DNA of 64,000 nucleotides from Lama glama (Eukaryota). The stretch is from contig CM052816.1 of NCBI GenBank assembly GCA_028534125.1, positions 4,094,001-4,158,000 on the forward strand. The letters are read 5' to 3'. Positions 11,480 to 24,197 of the stretch are shown here, piece after piece. A program made the translations under genes and the position numbers. Each line of letters starts with the position of its first letter. The first letter of the stretch is position 1. A model generated the notes under the pieces. The model was given only the letters and a program-made list of their open reading frames with translations. It was not told the origin of the DNA and ran no database searches.

Positions 11480-11753
11480 CAATTAGACAACGCTCTTCAT
11501 ACTTTGTATAAGATACATGACTTGTTCCCACGTCCCATGAAGCTACTGGCCTGCTTTCTGACATCTCACACATTTCTAGCCCACTCGGTTGACTAGTACA
11601 CATACCAAGAGGCAATTAGGTTTGTTCCCAAACCTATTTGACTCAGTTACTCTTGCTTCCAAAAGTACATGTTTCTACAATATTATAAACACTATGTCAA
11701 TCAATAAAATGTGTGTGGGAAAAAACCTTGAATTGCTGTTTCCATAGAGTCAG
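11480..11753 (-). pseudogene. Fossil exon
   Basis: gtttttcag|...ATTG|gtaagt (consensus donor). Segments KHVLLEARVTES... and ...SHVSYTKYEERCLI with internal frameshifts. Confidence 0.55.
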
Positions 11754-12347
11754 CTGAAAAACAATGGTGCAAATTCAACAATAAAATGGCAGAAAATATT
11801 AACTTGCACAAAAGACACATCCATTAAGTGAGACAGGGGTTGAGAGTGGGGATGACAGAGACAAAGGTTAACTACCTGTGGTTGACTTGAGGGTACGTGG
11901 AAGACAGAGAGCTTCATGGAAGAGGAGGTAATTGGCTTGCTTTGAAAAATGACTAGCATTTTGGAAAGTGGAAATTACACAAATTTAAGTTAATATGAAC
12001 AAATCAGGACCAATGGCAGAGTCTCATTTAGAAGTATTTTTTACAGAGAACTGTTGAATTGGAACAGAATAATAAAGGGAGAACTGCCAGTCTTGGCTGC
12101 TAATTATACAGAAGTTTCAACCTGAAACCTGAATGGGCTGCTTCAGGTTCCATGAGCCCATTTCAATTCATGAAAAAACATGCTGTGATTTGCATTTTTC
12201 CCTTAAGGAGAAGGGCCTACCGCTTCCGATCTGAAATGAGATTTAGAAGCAGAGGCCATAAGTCTAATTCCAAGGTAAACTGATGGGCTAATGAGGTAGC
12301 TACTGCCTGTTTCCTAGAATGATACGTATTATGTTAGTTGCAACTGC

Positions 12348-12550
12348 CAATTTTATTTGCTTTTAAGTATTCATAACAGACATCAGAAGTAATGAGCGGT
12401 GACTTGGGAAAGAAGAAAAATAATTCTGGGCAGAAAAATGAAGTAGAGTCAAGATATATCTCTTTTTGAAAATCTTTTAATTGTACATAGGCCAACAAGA
12501 ACCAAGATCTCTTTATACGAAGATCTAACATCAAGGGAAAGAAATACATT
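12348..12550 (-). pseudogene. Fossil exon (open)
   Basis: Long polypyrimidine tract then gcttacag|A. Reads MYFFPLMLDLRIKRSWFLLAYVQLKDFQKEIYLDSTSFFCPELFFFFPKSPLITSDVCYEYLKANKI; donor degraded or GC. Confidence 0.65.
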
Positions 12551-12746
12551 CTGTAAGCAAAAAGAAAAAAGAAAAAAGCATAAGCAAGAGGATATGTATT
12601 TTCCAAAAATTACTACTAATTTAAATCTTTCACCTTTAATATATTGGATACACTAAAATACACATCACTAAAGAGTGACCTATTTAAAGAAAAATGTCAA
12701 AATATTGTGTTTTCGTACATTGAGCGCCACTAAAGGGAGGATTAAC

Positions 12747-13040
12747 TTTACAGACACATCAGGGGGTAAGAAAGAGCAGCAGCTGTATCTGTCTCTGAGA
12801 AGAGATCTATGTGATACATGTGCCCCTTCTAATACGCTCCAGAATTGTTCTTCTAATAGTCGGCTTCAGTGCGGTGGACAGTTAAATACAGATCATTAGT
12901 CAGCGCATGTTTAATTACATGCCAGTATTTCTCAAAGATTAAAAATGTCTGCAGTTCAATTATCTCCACAAAGCAGGTTCCATTTTCTACTCTCTCAGTT
13001 GGGAACAAGAGTCACAAAATACACCGTTTTAGATTAAAAT
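12747..13040 (-). pseudogene. Fossil exon
   Basis: aaacag|...AA|gttaat. Reads ENGTCFVEIIELQTFLIFEKYWHVIKHALTNDLYLTVHRTEA / RLLEEQFWSVLEGAHVSHRSLLRDRYSCCSFLPPDVSV. Confidence 0.6.
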
Positions 13041-13258
13041 CTGTTTGATAGTACTGCAGGGAGCTAAATTCGAAGAGGGGAAAAATCCACCTGTCTCCCA
13101 CCTCAGGGAAGATACAGGCTACAGCTTTTTACCATTCTACATTCGTGTGGATTCTATACAGCATGACCCGGTCAGCCTGTCTTTCCATCACTACTTTTAC
13201 ACAATCTCAACTTTCACACAGCTAGCCTTCCGAATCCAAGCCACGAAAAATGGCTAAC

Positions 13259-13411
13259 CTTTCATTTAAACGATCTCAACTCCGCTTTTGAGGTCCCATC
13301 CCTACACATAAGCAGATCATCTTCAGATATTTGGGTCAATGCAGTTGTAATTACCAGCACAACAACATTCTGACAAAATCCTGTATCATCTTTTGCAAGG
13401 AGAGATCATTC
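13259..13411 (-). pseudogene. Fossil exon (helicase motif III-like)
   Basis: 153 bp, phase 0/0, after an 82-bp intron. Reads E*SLLAKDDTGFCQNVVVLVITTALTQISEDDLLMCRDGTSKAELRSFK*K. Confidence 0.7.
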
Positions 13412-13493
13412 CTCAAGAAGAGAAGGTAACATGACAGTGTTTAAGTTCTGATTTTAAGGTAGAAGACCCAGAAAAACAATTTAAAATACATAC

Positions 13494-13633
13494 GTGGAGC
13501 TCGGAATAATTTAGCTGATTACACGTACTGCAAGTATTTTCCTTCATGTTTTTGCAATGAACCTCACCATGAAAAACAAATTTACGTCTGTCGTCTGTGT
13601 CATCATGAGCTGAGCTCATCTGGTGCAGAAAAC
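13494..13633 (-). pseudogene. Fossil exon (open, Cys/His-rich)
   Basis: actgtag|GT...CAC|gtatgt. Reads FLHQMSSAHDDTDDRRKFVFHGEVHCKNMKENTCSTCNQLNYSELH. Confidence 0.7.
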
Positions 13634-14209
13634 CTACAGTTTAACTGCTTGATTTAAATTTGGCTAGTAGAATGCATACTGAAACATTACTCTTTTAATT
13701 ACGTTAATTTATACCTGCAAAGCTAAATTTACAAAGGCAATAACATTAATTATTTACTTGCCCATTAAAGTTGAATATATATTACAAAGCTAATTGGTTT
13801 CATAAGTCTGCCAAAAAAATTAAAAACAAGTTTGTTCACTGATTTATATGAGAAAGGTACATATATTCTCAGCAGGATCCTTGCTTTTTATTGGATTACA
13901 TGAAAATATGTGTAAAACTTTCTTCTTCTATGCAATACTCCACATAGCTTCTTCCTTCCTGGGTTAAAAAGCATTTGAAAGAAGGAAGGAAAAAACAGTC
14001 AGCTAACATCTACTCAATGCTTATTCTGTATAACACTGTACACACATTATCTCATTTAATCTCAAAACTGAATAAAACACAAACCAGCATTATCTCCTTT
14101 TTAAAAATGAGGAAACCAGTGTTTAGAAAGATTTAAAAACTGCCAAGGCATGGAGCTAAACAATCAAATCCAGGACTTGCTCTGGAAAGATCCAAGAACT
14201 TACCATTTA

Positions 14210-15073
14210 GGCCAACAGGCACTTAAAAAAAATGTTCACTGTCACTAATTATCAGAGAAACACAAATCAAAACTACAATGAGGTGTCACCTCACATCAGT
14301 CGGAATGGCCATCATTCTAAAGTCCACAAGTGATAAATGCTGGAGAGGGTGTGGAGAAAAGGAAACCCTCCTACACTGCTGGTGGGAATGTAGTTTGGTG
14401 CAGTCATTGTGGAAAACAGTATGGAGATTCCTCAAAAACTAAAAATAGACTTACAATATGATCCAACAATCCCACTCCTGGGCATATATCCAGAGGGAAC
14501 TCGAAAAGATACATGCTCACAGCAGCACTACTTACAATAGTCAAGACACAGAAACAACCTAAATGTCCATAGATGACTGGATAAAGAAGATGAGGTATAT
14601 TTATACAATGGAATACTACTAGCCACAAAAAAGAATGAAATAATGCCATTTACAGTATCATGGATGGACCTGGAGATCACCATTCTAAGTGAAGTAAGCC
14701 AGAAAGAGAAAGAAAAATACCACATGATATCACTCATACTTTCAATCTAAAAAAAAAAAAAGACACAATTGAGCATATTTATAAAACAGGAACAGACTCA
14801 CAGACACAGAAAATAAACTTTTGGTTACCAAAGAGTAAAAGAGGTGGGAAGGGATAAATTGGGAGTTTGAGATTTGCACATACTAACTACTGTACATAAA
14901 AGAGATAAACAACAAGTTCATATGGTGTAGCACAGGGAAATATATTCAGTATCTTGTAGTAACCTATAATCAAAAAGACTATGAAAACAAATACATGTGT
15001 AATTGAAACACTATGCCATACACCAGAAATTGACACACTGTAATTGACTATATTTCAATACAAATTTTTTAAA
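14210..15073 (+). mobile_element. 5'-truncated L1 (ORF2 end + 3'UTR)
   Basis: L1 ORF2 C-terminus and 3'UTR; degenerate TSD aagaacttaccattta (14194-14209) / aagatcttaccactta (15074-15089). Confidence 0.9.
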
Positions 15074-15633
15074 AAGATCTTACCACTTATGTCTTACTAA
15101 ATACCTGTTGTTCACAGCAGACTGGACACTTGATGACTCAAAGTGATTCCCTAAGGAGAATACTTGCCTCAGTATTAAAATCAAATTATTGAATGAAAAA
15201 TTTACTCATAACTCCATTTGGATATTCACATAAAAAAATAACCACAGAACACAATCAAAGGCACAGAAGTCACAGATGAGTGTGTAGCCCAGTGACCTAG
15301 AATCAGAATAAGGCGAAAGTCTAGAAAATACACTTGAGCCTTATCTCTGAAGTGGGATTCAATATTAGGCAGGTTCCTCTTAGACTGAACAAAGGTGCTT
15401 ACAAATTAAAGCTTACAATATCCCTATTACTACCCTCTTGGGTATTATTGCGAAGATCAGATGGAAATTGGGATAAAAAAGCTATGGAAATTATCAAGCC
15501 TTATGCAAATCCAAGCTAGTACAATTAATCTAAGACTGTTTTGCACCTAAAAATTCCCATGGAATTTACTCTGAGTTTAGGTAGACTACAATTGAGCTGT
15601 ATTCTCATGTAACATAAAGGCTTATAAACTTAC

Positions 15634-15694
15634 TCTGTATTTGAGAAATTTTAACTAGTATCTTGTCCAGAGAAAAACTCCATTAATATGTGAC
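15634..15694 (-). pseudogene. Fossil exon
   Basis: ctcgttag|...AGA|gtaagt. Reads VTY*WSFSLDKILVKISQIQ; phase 0/1 fits both neighbours. Confidence 0.6.
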
Positions 15695-15984
15695 CTAACG
15701 AGGGACAATTAGCAGTTTTTAATTAATACTCCATAAAATATTATGAAAGAAGAATGCCTTCAGAAGGGTTTAGGTCACTGTATTCATTTAATATTTTAAG
15801 CAAGCTTTTTATACACAAAAAATCAAAATATTAAGAATGTATTTATGCATGCACATTTTAAATAATACAACTAAACCGCTGATGGTTATAGAGCAATTAG
15901 AGCCATATTAATATGTAATGAAAGGCAAATCTGTGCATTTCCTAAGAGAGATTTCAATTATACTTTGAATTTCTGTGAGCCTAC

Positions 15985-16182
15985 TGGGAGGTAAAACAAT
16001 ATTCCACCTAGCTGACTCCCTGAAACATCTCCAGATGTGGCCTGATGATTCTCAAGATTTTCTATAGTAGTTTCAAACCTAATATTTCATCATAAATTAC
16101 CTTCTAAGATTGCTGTGGAATACTTCATGTACCATTCATTACGATGTAGTTTTGCTGAGGGCTGGGGTCGAAACACATTACA
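15985..16182 (-). pseudogene. Fossil exon
   Basis: 198 bp, phase 0/0. Reads CNVFRPQPSAKLHRNEWYMKYSTAILEGNL**NIRFETTIENLENHQATSGDVSGSQLGGILFYLP. Confidence 0.55.
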
Positions 16183-16420
16183 CTAGGTTTAAATTACACT
16201 TTGGTTCTTTTTTATTCAACACTTAAGCAAATCACGTTATTTGTGAAAAGATAGAGGCTAATTCTAAATAGAGGGAAGAGATCATGTGTATTTTTATACC
16301 TCTTCCATCATTAAAAGGGAGACATTTAATTTTTTTTTACTGTGTTAAAATAAGACATAAAGGCATGAATCAATGCATGCAGCATTTACTTAGGGCCTGC
16401 TAAGTATTAAAAAGATAGTC

Positions 16421-16590
16421 AAGATATTGAATATAGTTCCCTGCGCTATACTGTATTCAGTATCTCGTAGAAACATACAAAGAAAAAGAATACAAAATGA
16501 ATATATGTATATATACGATGGAAACATTATGCTATACACCAGAAACTGACACAACATTGTAAACTGACTATACTACAATAAAAAAAAATT
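16421..16590 (+). mobile_element. Short L1 3' end with a small inverted 5' piece
   Basis: 16421-16451 is antisense of the L1 motif gtatagcacagggaactatattcaatatctt; the rest is sense to the polyA. Confidence 0.75.
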
Positions 16591-16652
16591 TAGAGTATAT
16601 TCAAATTATGAGACTGGAAGAAACAGTTCTTTGTAATGTCAAAGTAACTTAC

Positions 16653-16833
16653 CACCACCCACGGCAGAATAATATTATTCAGCATCAGAACTGGTCATGA
16701 CCTCCTATTAGGCCAATCTTTCATTTTCATTTATGAAGTCTGGGGTGGAAGGAGAGGCTTACACACCACTTTTAAGCCAACTCTGCTAATTATTCTGACA
16801 TTTGGGGAACTGGGCTTGCAACAGCACTAAGAC
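16653..16833 (-). pseudogene. Fossil exon
   Basis: atctctag|...GTG|gtaagt. Reads VLVLLQAQFPKCQNN... / ...PVLMLNNIILPWVV with multiple lesions. Confidence 0.55.
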
Positions 16834-17239
16834 CTAGAGATAGATGGAGAAGTAGTTAAAATTTACCAAATCTAGAAAATCCAAGCCAATGGTTGAATCT
16901 TTTCTCCTGATTACTGTTAGGAATTGCACACAAACCTTAAAGCAAATTAAAGCAGTAGGTCGGGGCTTTGGGTTAACTAATAAAGCACACTTTGCTTGTT
17001 AAAACAGGTTGAACATTGCTGGAAAAATACCATTTAACCCAACATGGTTTTGCCTTTTCTGAACTATAAATGTTGGTGAGAGAAGGCTGTGATAGATGGG
17101 GAAAAAAATTAAACATCCACAACAGTGAGCCGTCACTGAGTTCCTGATGGAAATGTTGTTTAAAAGCTTATGTATTACTCTGTATAAACTATAACTGCTT
17201 TATGAAAAAGAAATAAAACAAATGGTGTTTTACTACACA

Positions 17240-17576
17240 AAGCACCAGTACTAGCAGAGGATCAGGAACTGAGGGTAACACTGCTGAGCAAACAAGCATC
17301 CACAGTATTTCACACGTGTGACTTCTGAAAATCTTCCCAGCAACTGCTAGAATCTAGATGGATACAAAAGCTAGCTAAACATCTCACAGTATATGGAACC
17401 AGTTCCCTGAAGACAGACATTTGGACCATAGCTTCCTCAAATAAAGGAAAATCAAAATCTATGAGTGAATTCTTCTCAAATACAGACAAATTCCAGGCAA
17501 TCAACTCAACCATGTCCTTTCCAGCATATTACACATTTTCTCATATGAAAGAGCAACAAGACATCTTTCTTTGCAT
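17240..17576 (-). pseudogene. Fossil exon (degenerate Walker-B-like start)
   Basis: ttctccag|. Reads DAKKDVLLLFH / YAGKDMVELIAWNLSVFEKNSLIDFDFPLFEEAMVQMSVFRELVPYTVRCLASFCIHLDSSSCWEDFQKSHV; donor approximate. Confidence 0.65.
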
Positions 17577-18378
17577 CTGGAGAACAAATGCATCACTGGA
17601 TGGAGTTATCAGAGTCTAGTCAATGAAAGCTGGGATGAAATGGAAGGTGGGATAAACATTTTGATATAGCAGCGATGTTCTAATTCTCTTCTACCTTTGG
17701 CTACCGAGGAAAGACACTCAACTTTTAAAAAAAAAATTCTGGCCACAGACATTCACAAAAAGAAACTTAATTATTTCTGTAACAATTATTCCACAAATAT
17801 TTATTGTACATGGGCTAGACTATCCAAAACCCTAATAATAATAGATCTATGAATATAATAAAGAGAAATAAAAATGCTGTGAGGTTGTAAGCCCTCATTA
17901 TTTATACTACAGGTAATGCAAACTCATAAACACAGTTTCTTATAGAGAGATAAAGAGGCAGAAAGAGAGGAAAAGAGACAAAAAGTTGGAGACACCATCT
18001 GATAGATCATCCTATACATTTATATAAATTGTAGTTTAATCAACGTGTGGCTCTACTATATTATCTTTGGATCTTTTATATCGATTATATTTTGTATCTG
18101 ATTTTCAAAATGTCTCTAAAATAGGAGACTTTACAATTTGAATTTCAGCTAGAAGCTACAATATCTTTTGCTAAATGTGCCAAAGAAGAAGACACAGAAA
18201 TTGGTGAAAAATACTACTGTGTAATTTAAGTAATTAAAGTAGATTTACTGAAATGGCCCAATGGTAGACTTACTTTCATTTTCCAATATAAAAGATACAG
18301 ACATTAGAAGTAACTCAAAGGAGAAATAAGGAATCAGAGGAGAACTTCTCCAGTGCAGGCAAAGGTACATTCCTATAC

Positions 18379-18674
18379 TGTGAGCATCACTTTTGGGTTA
18401 AAACGAGATTCTCTCCATCAGCCCTGCAGCTTCCTCTGGCTTCTCACATCTTCCTTTATTCCACTCCTGGCATGCCTGTGAGGAAAGTGCCTACACAAAA
18501 TTGGAGGTTTCACTGCATGGACATGCATAGATTCATCCTGTGTGCCCCATATTGATCAGCAGGAAATGACACCTGCTGCATCACAGCCAAGTGTCCTGCT
18601 GAAGCCACAACAGGCCGATCTATCATCTGAACATCATTTTTCTTGAATGCAATTAGATTTTCAGTGCTTTGCCT
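18379..18674 (-). pseudogene. Fossil exon(s): 18573-18674 and 18379-18475, or one continuous exon
   Basis: gattttag|RQSTENLIAFKKNDVQMIDRPVVASAGHLAVMQQ; cctcacag|ACQEWNKGRCEKPEEAAGL. Confidence 0.55.
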
Positions 18675-18750
18675 CTAAAATCAAGGTAGACTGTGGCAGT
18701 CTTTGCCCTAACTACTAGTGCACACACCACTAAAAAAAGAAAAATAAAAC

Positions 18751-18915
18751 CGAAGTATTTAAAGAATTTATTAAAAAATATCTCAATCCCCAGCAGAGAC
18801 CATCTTGTATCACCCTCTCCCTTGTAGGTTGCTCAATTGATATTTCTTGAATTATTTCTTACAGTAATTTACCAATCCCTGGTTCTAAGCTGGGATTTTG
18901 ATCTAATTGGCACAG
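18751..18915 (-). pseudogene. Fossil exon
   Basis: ttttctttag|, 165 bp, phase 0/0, 76-bp intron follows. Reads LCQLDQNPSLEPGIGKLL*EIIQEISIEQPTRERVIQDGLCWGLRYFLINSLNTS. Confidence 0.65.
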
Positions 18916-19789
18916 CTAAAGAAAAGCACTATTGCAACAGGGGAAAATGAAGATCTCAGATAATTAGGTACCAGAATGATCATCATTCTTGGATTTCAAA
19001 TGTTAGAAGGAAGAGCTTCTATAAGAAGTAAAGATGCTGAATGCTACCCATTTTACAGTAAAGAAATGAATTTTAAAAAGACATATACTCACATACACAG
19101 GTACTAGAGACATCTGCTGATAAGCTGGACATGTTTCTCATCTCCTTGGTAACAATTAATATTTTGACACTCCCATGACAGTACAGATAGATCTACTTTA
19201 TTATTTTAAGTAGTCACATAGTATTTACATTTCATATTTAATTAGTTTTCTATGCTATCTTTACAAAAGTCGTCATTTTACCTTGGCTTTTCATCTCTAG
19301 CCCTAGAGACTGGAGACGGTCTAACATCTGAGGCCAAACCCTAGAATTCTTAGGAATCATGTCAGAATGCAAAGCATCCCCCTTTCTGCCCACACCCACA
19401 GCCAGCGCTCTGACCAGGAGCAGAAAGTGACCTGGCTGGTATGACTGCACACACACAGGGATCCCAGGACTCAAAAGGGGAGGGGACCGCCAGGGAGGCC
19501 ACTTCCTACACAGCAGAAGTGGCAGGAGGGTGGGGACAAGGAGTCAGGAAAGCAAATGCAGATTTAAAGAATGGATTCCCAGAGGTCAAGAGAAGGACTC
19601 TTTGCCAACCTAGTACAGCGTGTGTGTAAGGGCAGCAAGTCCTACAGGATCAACCCCAAGAGTGGAAGACAAGGCTTCCCAACAGTGAAAGGAACTTGAG
19701 GACAAGCTAACTAGACCCGCGAAGTCACGCCCATATTCCTACTGCTCTGGACTCTGAGGTTTAATAGAAATGCTGGTCCCAGAACCCAC

Positions 19790-20225
19790 ACGAGTGATAC
19801 CTACAGTGTTTTTCTTTCTCTTTCTGGATTACTTCACTTATGTGTGGAATCTTAAAAAAAAAGAAAAGAAAAAAGACACAAATGAACTTATCTACAAAAC
19901 AGAAACAGACTCACAGACATAGCAAACAATCTTATGGTTACGGGGGAAGGAGGTGGGAAGGGATAAACTGGCAGTTCAAGATTCACAAATATTAACTACT
20001 ATATATATAATAGGTTAGAAGGACAAGTTTCTTCTGTATAGCACAGGGAACTATATTCAATACCTTCTAATAACCTGTAATGAAAAAGAATATGAAAACG
20101 AATAGATATGTATATGATTGAAACATTATGCTGAATACCAGAAATTGACACATTGTCACTGACTATATTTCAATTAAAAAAATTAAACATTAAAATAACA
20201 TTTTAAAATTAAAAAAAAAAAGAAA
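19790..20225 (+). mobile_element. L1 3' end with a short 5' inversion
   Basis: 19794-19840 is antisense of taagtgaagtaa.ccagaaagagaaagaaaaa, then sense 3'UTR; degenerate TSD agaaatgctggtcc / agaaatgttgatcc. Confidence 0.85.
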
Positions 20226-21229
20226 CAGAAATGTTGATCCTGAAGAATAAATTGAACATGCCCGAGGTCGATCTGGGCCTTACTGCTAACTGCAGGAACA
20301 TTTTGCTGCTGAACTGTCCTCTTTCATCTCCATAAAAACACAAACAAGAGGGCTGGGGTTAGAAAGGGAAGTTACTGAAAAAAGGAAGAGGTAGGCAACT
20401 GATTGTGCTCCGAGGTGTCCATCGGGGGCTGTGGTGGGGTGGGGCTTCACAGAGCCCTGACATCTAACACGGGTCTTACAGAACAGAAAGGAGTTTGCCA
20501 AGTGGTGACTTATTCTTACCACATCTTTTCAGTTCAGCAAGTTGAAGCCAAAGATTGTCAGAGAAAGGTCATATTGAGCCACACGTCTCACCTAAATCTG
20601 TTTAAGGGCATCAGTCCCCAAAGTATCCAGAACAGGACGAAAGGATTGAGGAGGGGGAGGAGTGAGGGAGGTGATAAGAAAAGGCAGTTAGCCATGTCTT
20701 TTCAGGGACATTTCCCCCGCTTCATCCTTACTCCTTTTATATATAATCATGTCATGTAGGAAGTCTATCTCCCCTTTGGCAAATAACAAACTCAGTCCCC
20801 AGAGGAGGGAGAATGACTTGGTCGAGGCCCCACTCTCTGAGGTAGAAGAATATTTAAAATGCAGGTTGGACTCCAAACTCCAGGCTTTTTCCACCACCAT
20901 CATACTATGACTGCAACAGGAATGTTGTTACAGGAAGGGACAGGTCACAAGTGTGATGCATGTTACACGACAAGAGTGGGCCATGTGGGGACTGGAATGG
21001 CAGTGCATGACCAGGGCCCCAAAAGCAGCAAGAAAGGAAAAGGAGGCAAAGACGCTGAGAAGTGCTGGAGACCACCTGCACCTACATTCCATCCCAGTCA
21101 AGGCATTCTTTTCCATCAAGAAAGACGATCATATGCTTAAAACAGATCCCAGAAGAACAAATCTAAAGAGTCCAATATTGCTTTTGAAGATTGCAACATA
21201 TGGGGGTGAAGTGAACAGGTTTTGGAATC

Positions 21230-21745
21230 AGACTGGCTCATGTTTAAAACTTGGTTCCTTTGGGAACCAGCTACACCTGGTTCCTCCCATGAACCACAGT
21301 TCAACCCACCCCTTATTCCAGCCACTGCTGGAACAATCAGTTTCAAGCAGGCTTTATCCAGCTTCATAGCCATGCAAACTTGTAACATCTCACCTTGCCC
21401 TTGATATGTACCTGTTGCAAGGACTTCTCTGACATCATGGTGGGAAACCCTACTGGGAACCTGCATGGCACCCAGAAATGTACAATCCAGAACTCAGGGC
21501 AGGACACCAGCCAATGAATAAATGTTTCCCTTTCATCCCGGAAGTGGATGGTTTCAAGATGCATTTCCTAAAGTTCCCCAGACTATGCTTTCAGCAAGTT
21601 CTAACAAAAGACTTCCTCATGGTGGCCAGCCCAGTAACAGCCACATATTGGTTTTCTCCTTCACTCCTTGTAATTCCACTCACACTCTAGGAGTAATTTC
21701 CCAGAAAACTACCTTTGTCTCAGTGCTGCTTTCAGGAGAACCCAG
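21230..21745. mobile_element. Old ERVL-type LTR fragment (LTR16-like)
   Basis: ...gagtaatttcccagaaaactacct...gctgctttcaggagaacccagtccaaga, a typical ERVL LTR end. Confidence 0.5.
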
Positions 21746-22014
21746 TCCAAGAAATCGTTTCTGTGACTTGAGCAGCTTACTTGACCTATCTGAAATATAT
21801 TTTCCCCAAACATGTAATGGGATTGATAATCATATTTTCCTGACGGTCTTAGCAGTATTAACAGAGGTATTACATGTAAAGCACTTGGCCCAGTGTTGAG
21901 CCCATGGTAAATGCTGAAAAAACTGCAGTTATTTTATTCCCCTGTAAAGTCACTGCAAGCCCAGACATAATCAGAGTGTCTCCAGCAAATGCACACAGGG
22001 GAGCTAGAACATAC

Positions 22015-22093
22015 CTCATTTTTCTAACTCTTTTTGCAAGTTATTACCTGGATACATACTGCCCAAGTTTAGAGCAATCCATTATTGTAAAAC
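22015..22093 (-). pseudogene. Candidate fossil exon
   Basis: ttttgtag|...GAG|gtatgt; 86-bp upstream intron. Confidence 0.5.
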
Positions 22094-22179
22094 CTACAAA
22101 AGTTCGAATAAAAATTAAAATGCTTAAAAGGTGGGAAGGAATTGGGGAAGAGTACGATTATCTACTGCTGATATAATGC

Positions 22180-22367
22180 CTGTATCAAGAGATGCCAAAC
22201 AAACCAAAATTTATCACATTATAGCTAGCAACTTTAAGCAAATCTGGGGACTGATTTCGGTCTCTGATACTGCTTCAGCAGAATTCTACTTTTCTCACTT
22301 CCATCCTCCCCAGACTTCTTAGAAATTCTTTTAAATACTTCTTTTGTATTGAGAGGTTTATTCTGAA
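22180..22367 (-). pseudogene. Candidate fossil exon
   Basis: ctttctcag|. Reads QNKPLNTKEVFKRISKKSGEDGSEKS / EISPQICLKLLAIM**ILVCLASLDT. Confidence 0.45.
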
Positions 22368-22570
22368 CTGAGAAAGGTAGTGAAGTTTTATACTATAGAC
22401 CACATAAAACTATGGTAAATGAAACACCCATTTGAAAGAGCATGAATAAGTTAAGATTATTCCCAGAAAACAAAAAACAGGAACAAAAATAGCAGTGAAA
22501 GGGGAGGAAAAAAACTTCCTGCTGTATCAAAGCAAAGACACATGGAGGAAGAGAGCATACAAGAAGAAAC

Positions 22571-22979
22571 CTGTGAGTTTTGAAGCAACCATATCAGAAA
22601 TGGCAGAGAACCACCTCAACGATTTTCCAAGGGATTGAAATCTCTGCCTGTTTCAGCATACCAACCACAAAAGAGTTATGACCATTCTTGGAGTTTCTAA
22701 ACAAGCTTGCTTCATTTTAAAACAAGCACCCAAAGCCAAAATAAGTTCTACTGATCTATGATATTTTCACATCAAAAGGACAAATCTGGAAAAGATTTCA
22801 GATTTGAAATAGTCAGACAGACCAGTATGGGATTCTGTCTGTGTAGAAGCTGCAAAGCCGACAACAGCTTTTGAACTGCTATTCAGATTACCATCATGGT
22901 CAACAGTTAAAATCTGGAGATAAACTGTATGCGGAAAATGACAAAAATGAGTATCATGCAATGGACTCTTCACATTTTT
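22571..22979 (-). pseudogene. Candidate fossil exon
   Basis: ~410 nt with only two stops (KNVKSPLHDTHFCHFPHTVYLQILTVDHDG...SKLT); phase 1 matches the next exon. Confidence 0.5.
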
Positions 22980-24049
22980 CTAGCCAACCACGAGATCTCA
23001 TCAACTCTGCCTCTGTGAGATTTCTGTAACAAATATTCTGTACTGTCCCTACCAATATTATTCTAATATCCATCTTACCTCATATTTGGAATGTTACAGA
23101 CGGCTCTTAATACGGCTTCCTTGCCTACCATTTTGCTTTCTACTCACCAAAATCCATCAGAAATCCCACCGTCATATTATCATTGCAGATTTCAGTAGAA
23201 CAGAAACTTTGAGGGATAGTGTGATGTAACAGAGGTGAGATTAGAAAAGATACAGGAGACAGAACATCTCATCTAACTTTGCCATCTATAGCCTCCCGGA
23301 ATTTTCCATAAGCTAGGCTCTTGAATTTCACTTATAAAATTAGAAAAAAAAAGGGAAGGTGGGGGCATTATGGCCATATCCTATGGAATTTTACAGTTCA
23401 CAAAGGCATTTCAGACCATTGCAGGTGGAGAAGGTTGAGAAAGGAAGGCTGTGGGTTAGACAATGGTTTCAGTGAGATTTATTTTAATTGAGGTGTAACT
23501 GACATGTAATGTTTCAAGTGTATAATATAATGATTTGCTATTCATCTATGAATGAAATTTCTAAGGAAAGAATTCTACCAGTTAAAAAAAGTTGAAAACC
23601 CCTGGAATAGATCATTACCAAATATCTTTCAGTTGCAATTTTCTAGGACAGCATTATTCTATAACACAATGCAATGTCGCCTGTAAGAGCACCCCTGACA
23701 CACATCCCCGAATCGGTCAGATCACCTATGGAAAGATCCAGATAACCCATCAGATGTTTCTTGCCTTTGCTTCTTACTTTCCCTTTACATTAAATTTCTC
23801 CTGCTCCTAGTTTCCTATTTCTTCCCAATTATTTAACAGCAATTATGCATTGTTCCTTACTACCACCTGGCATAGCACGAATTCATGCTCTGATTCCTAC
23901 ATTTTAACACTTCCCTCTGAAAATAGCTTTATTTCTACTCAGGGGTCCAATTCATTAACATTCATGCAATGGGTTTATTTTTAGATCTTTTCCTTCAGTC
24001 CTTTAAGGCAGACACTGAAGCTATTTGGATCCTTATTCCTGACTATAAC

Positions 24050-24160
24050 TCGGGATAAGAACTCTGTTCTATGAATTTCAATGCATCCTTTAGCCAGCGA
24101 TACTGGGTTTCTCTGATCCAGAAGAGCGGTCAGGCAGCACAGGGGTAGAATAAGATACAG
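24050..24160 (-). pseudogene. Fossil exon (helicase motif Ia-like)
   Basis: ttttacag|C. Reads CILFYPCAA*PLFWIRETQYRWLKDALKFIEQSSYP. Confidence 0.6.
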
Positions 24161-24197
24161 CTGTAAAACACCTACTAATCTACTAAATGTAACATAC

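Noticed and set aside
22760..22980. + strand piggyBac-like peptide (PTTAFELLF...KLYA)
   Set aside because: It needs a frameshift and has no terminal repeats. The minus strand gives a longer, phase-matched frame that fits the pseudogene.
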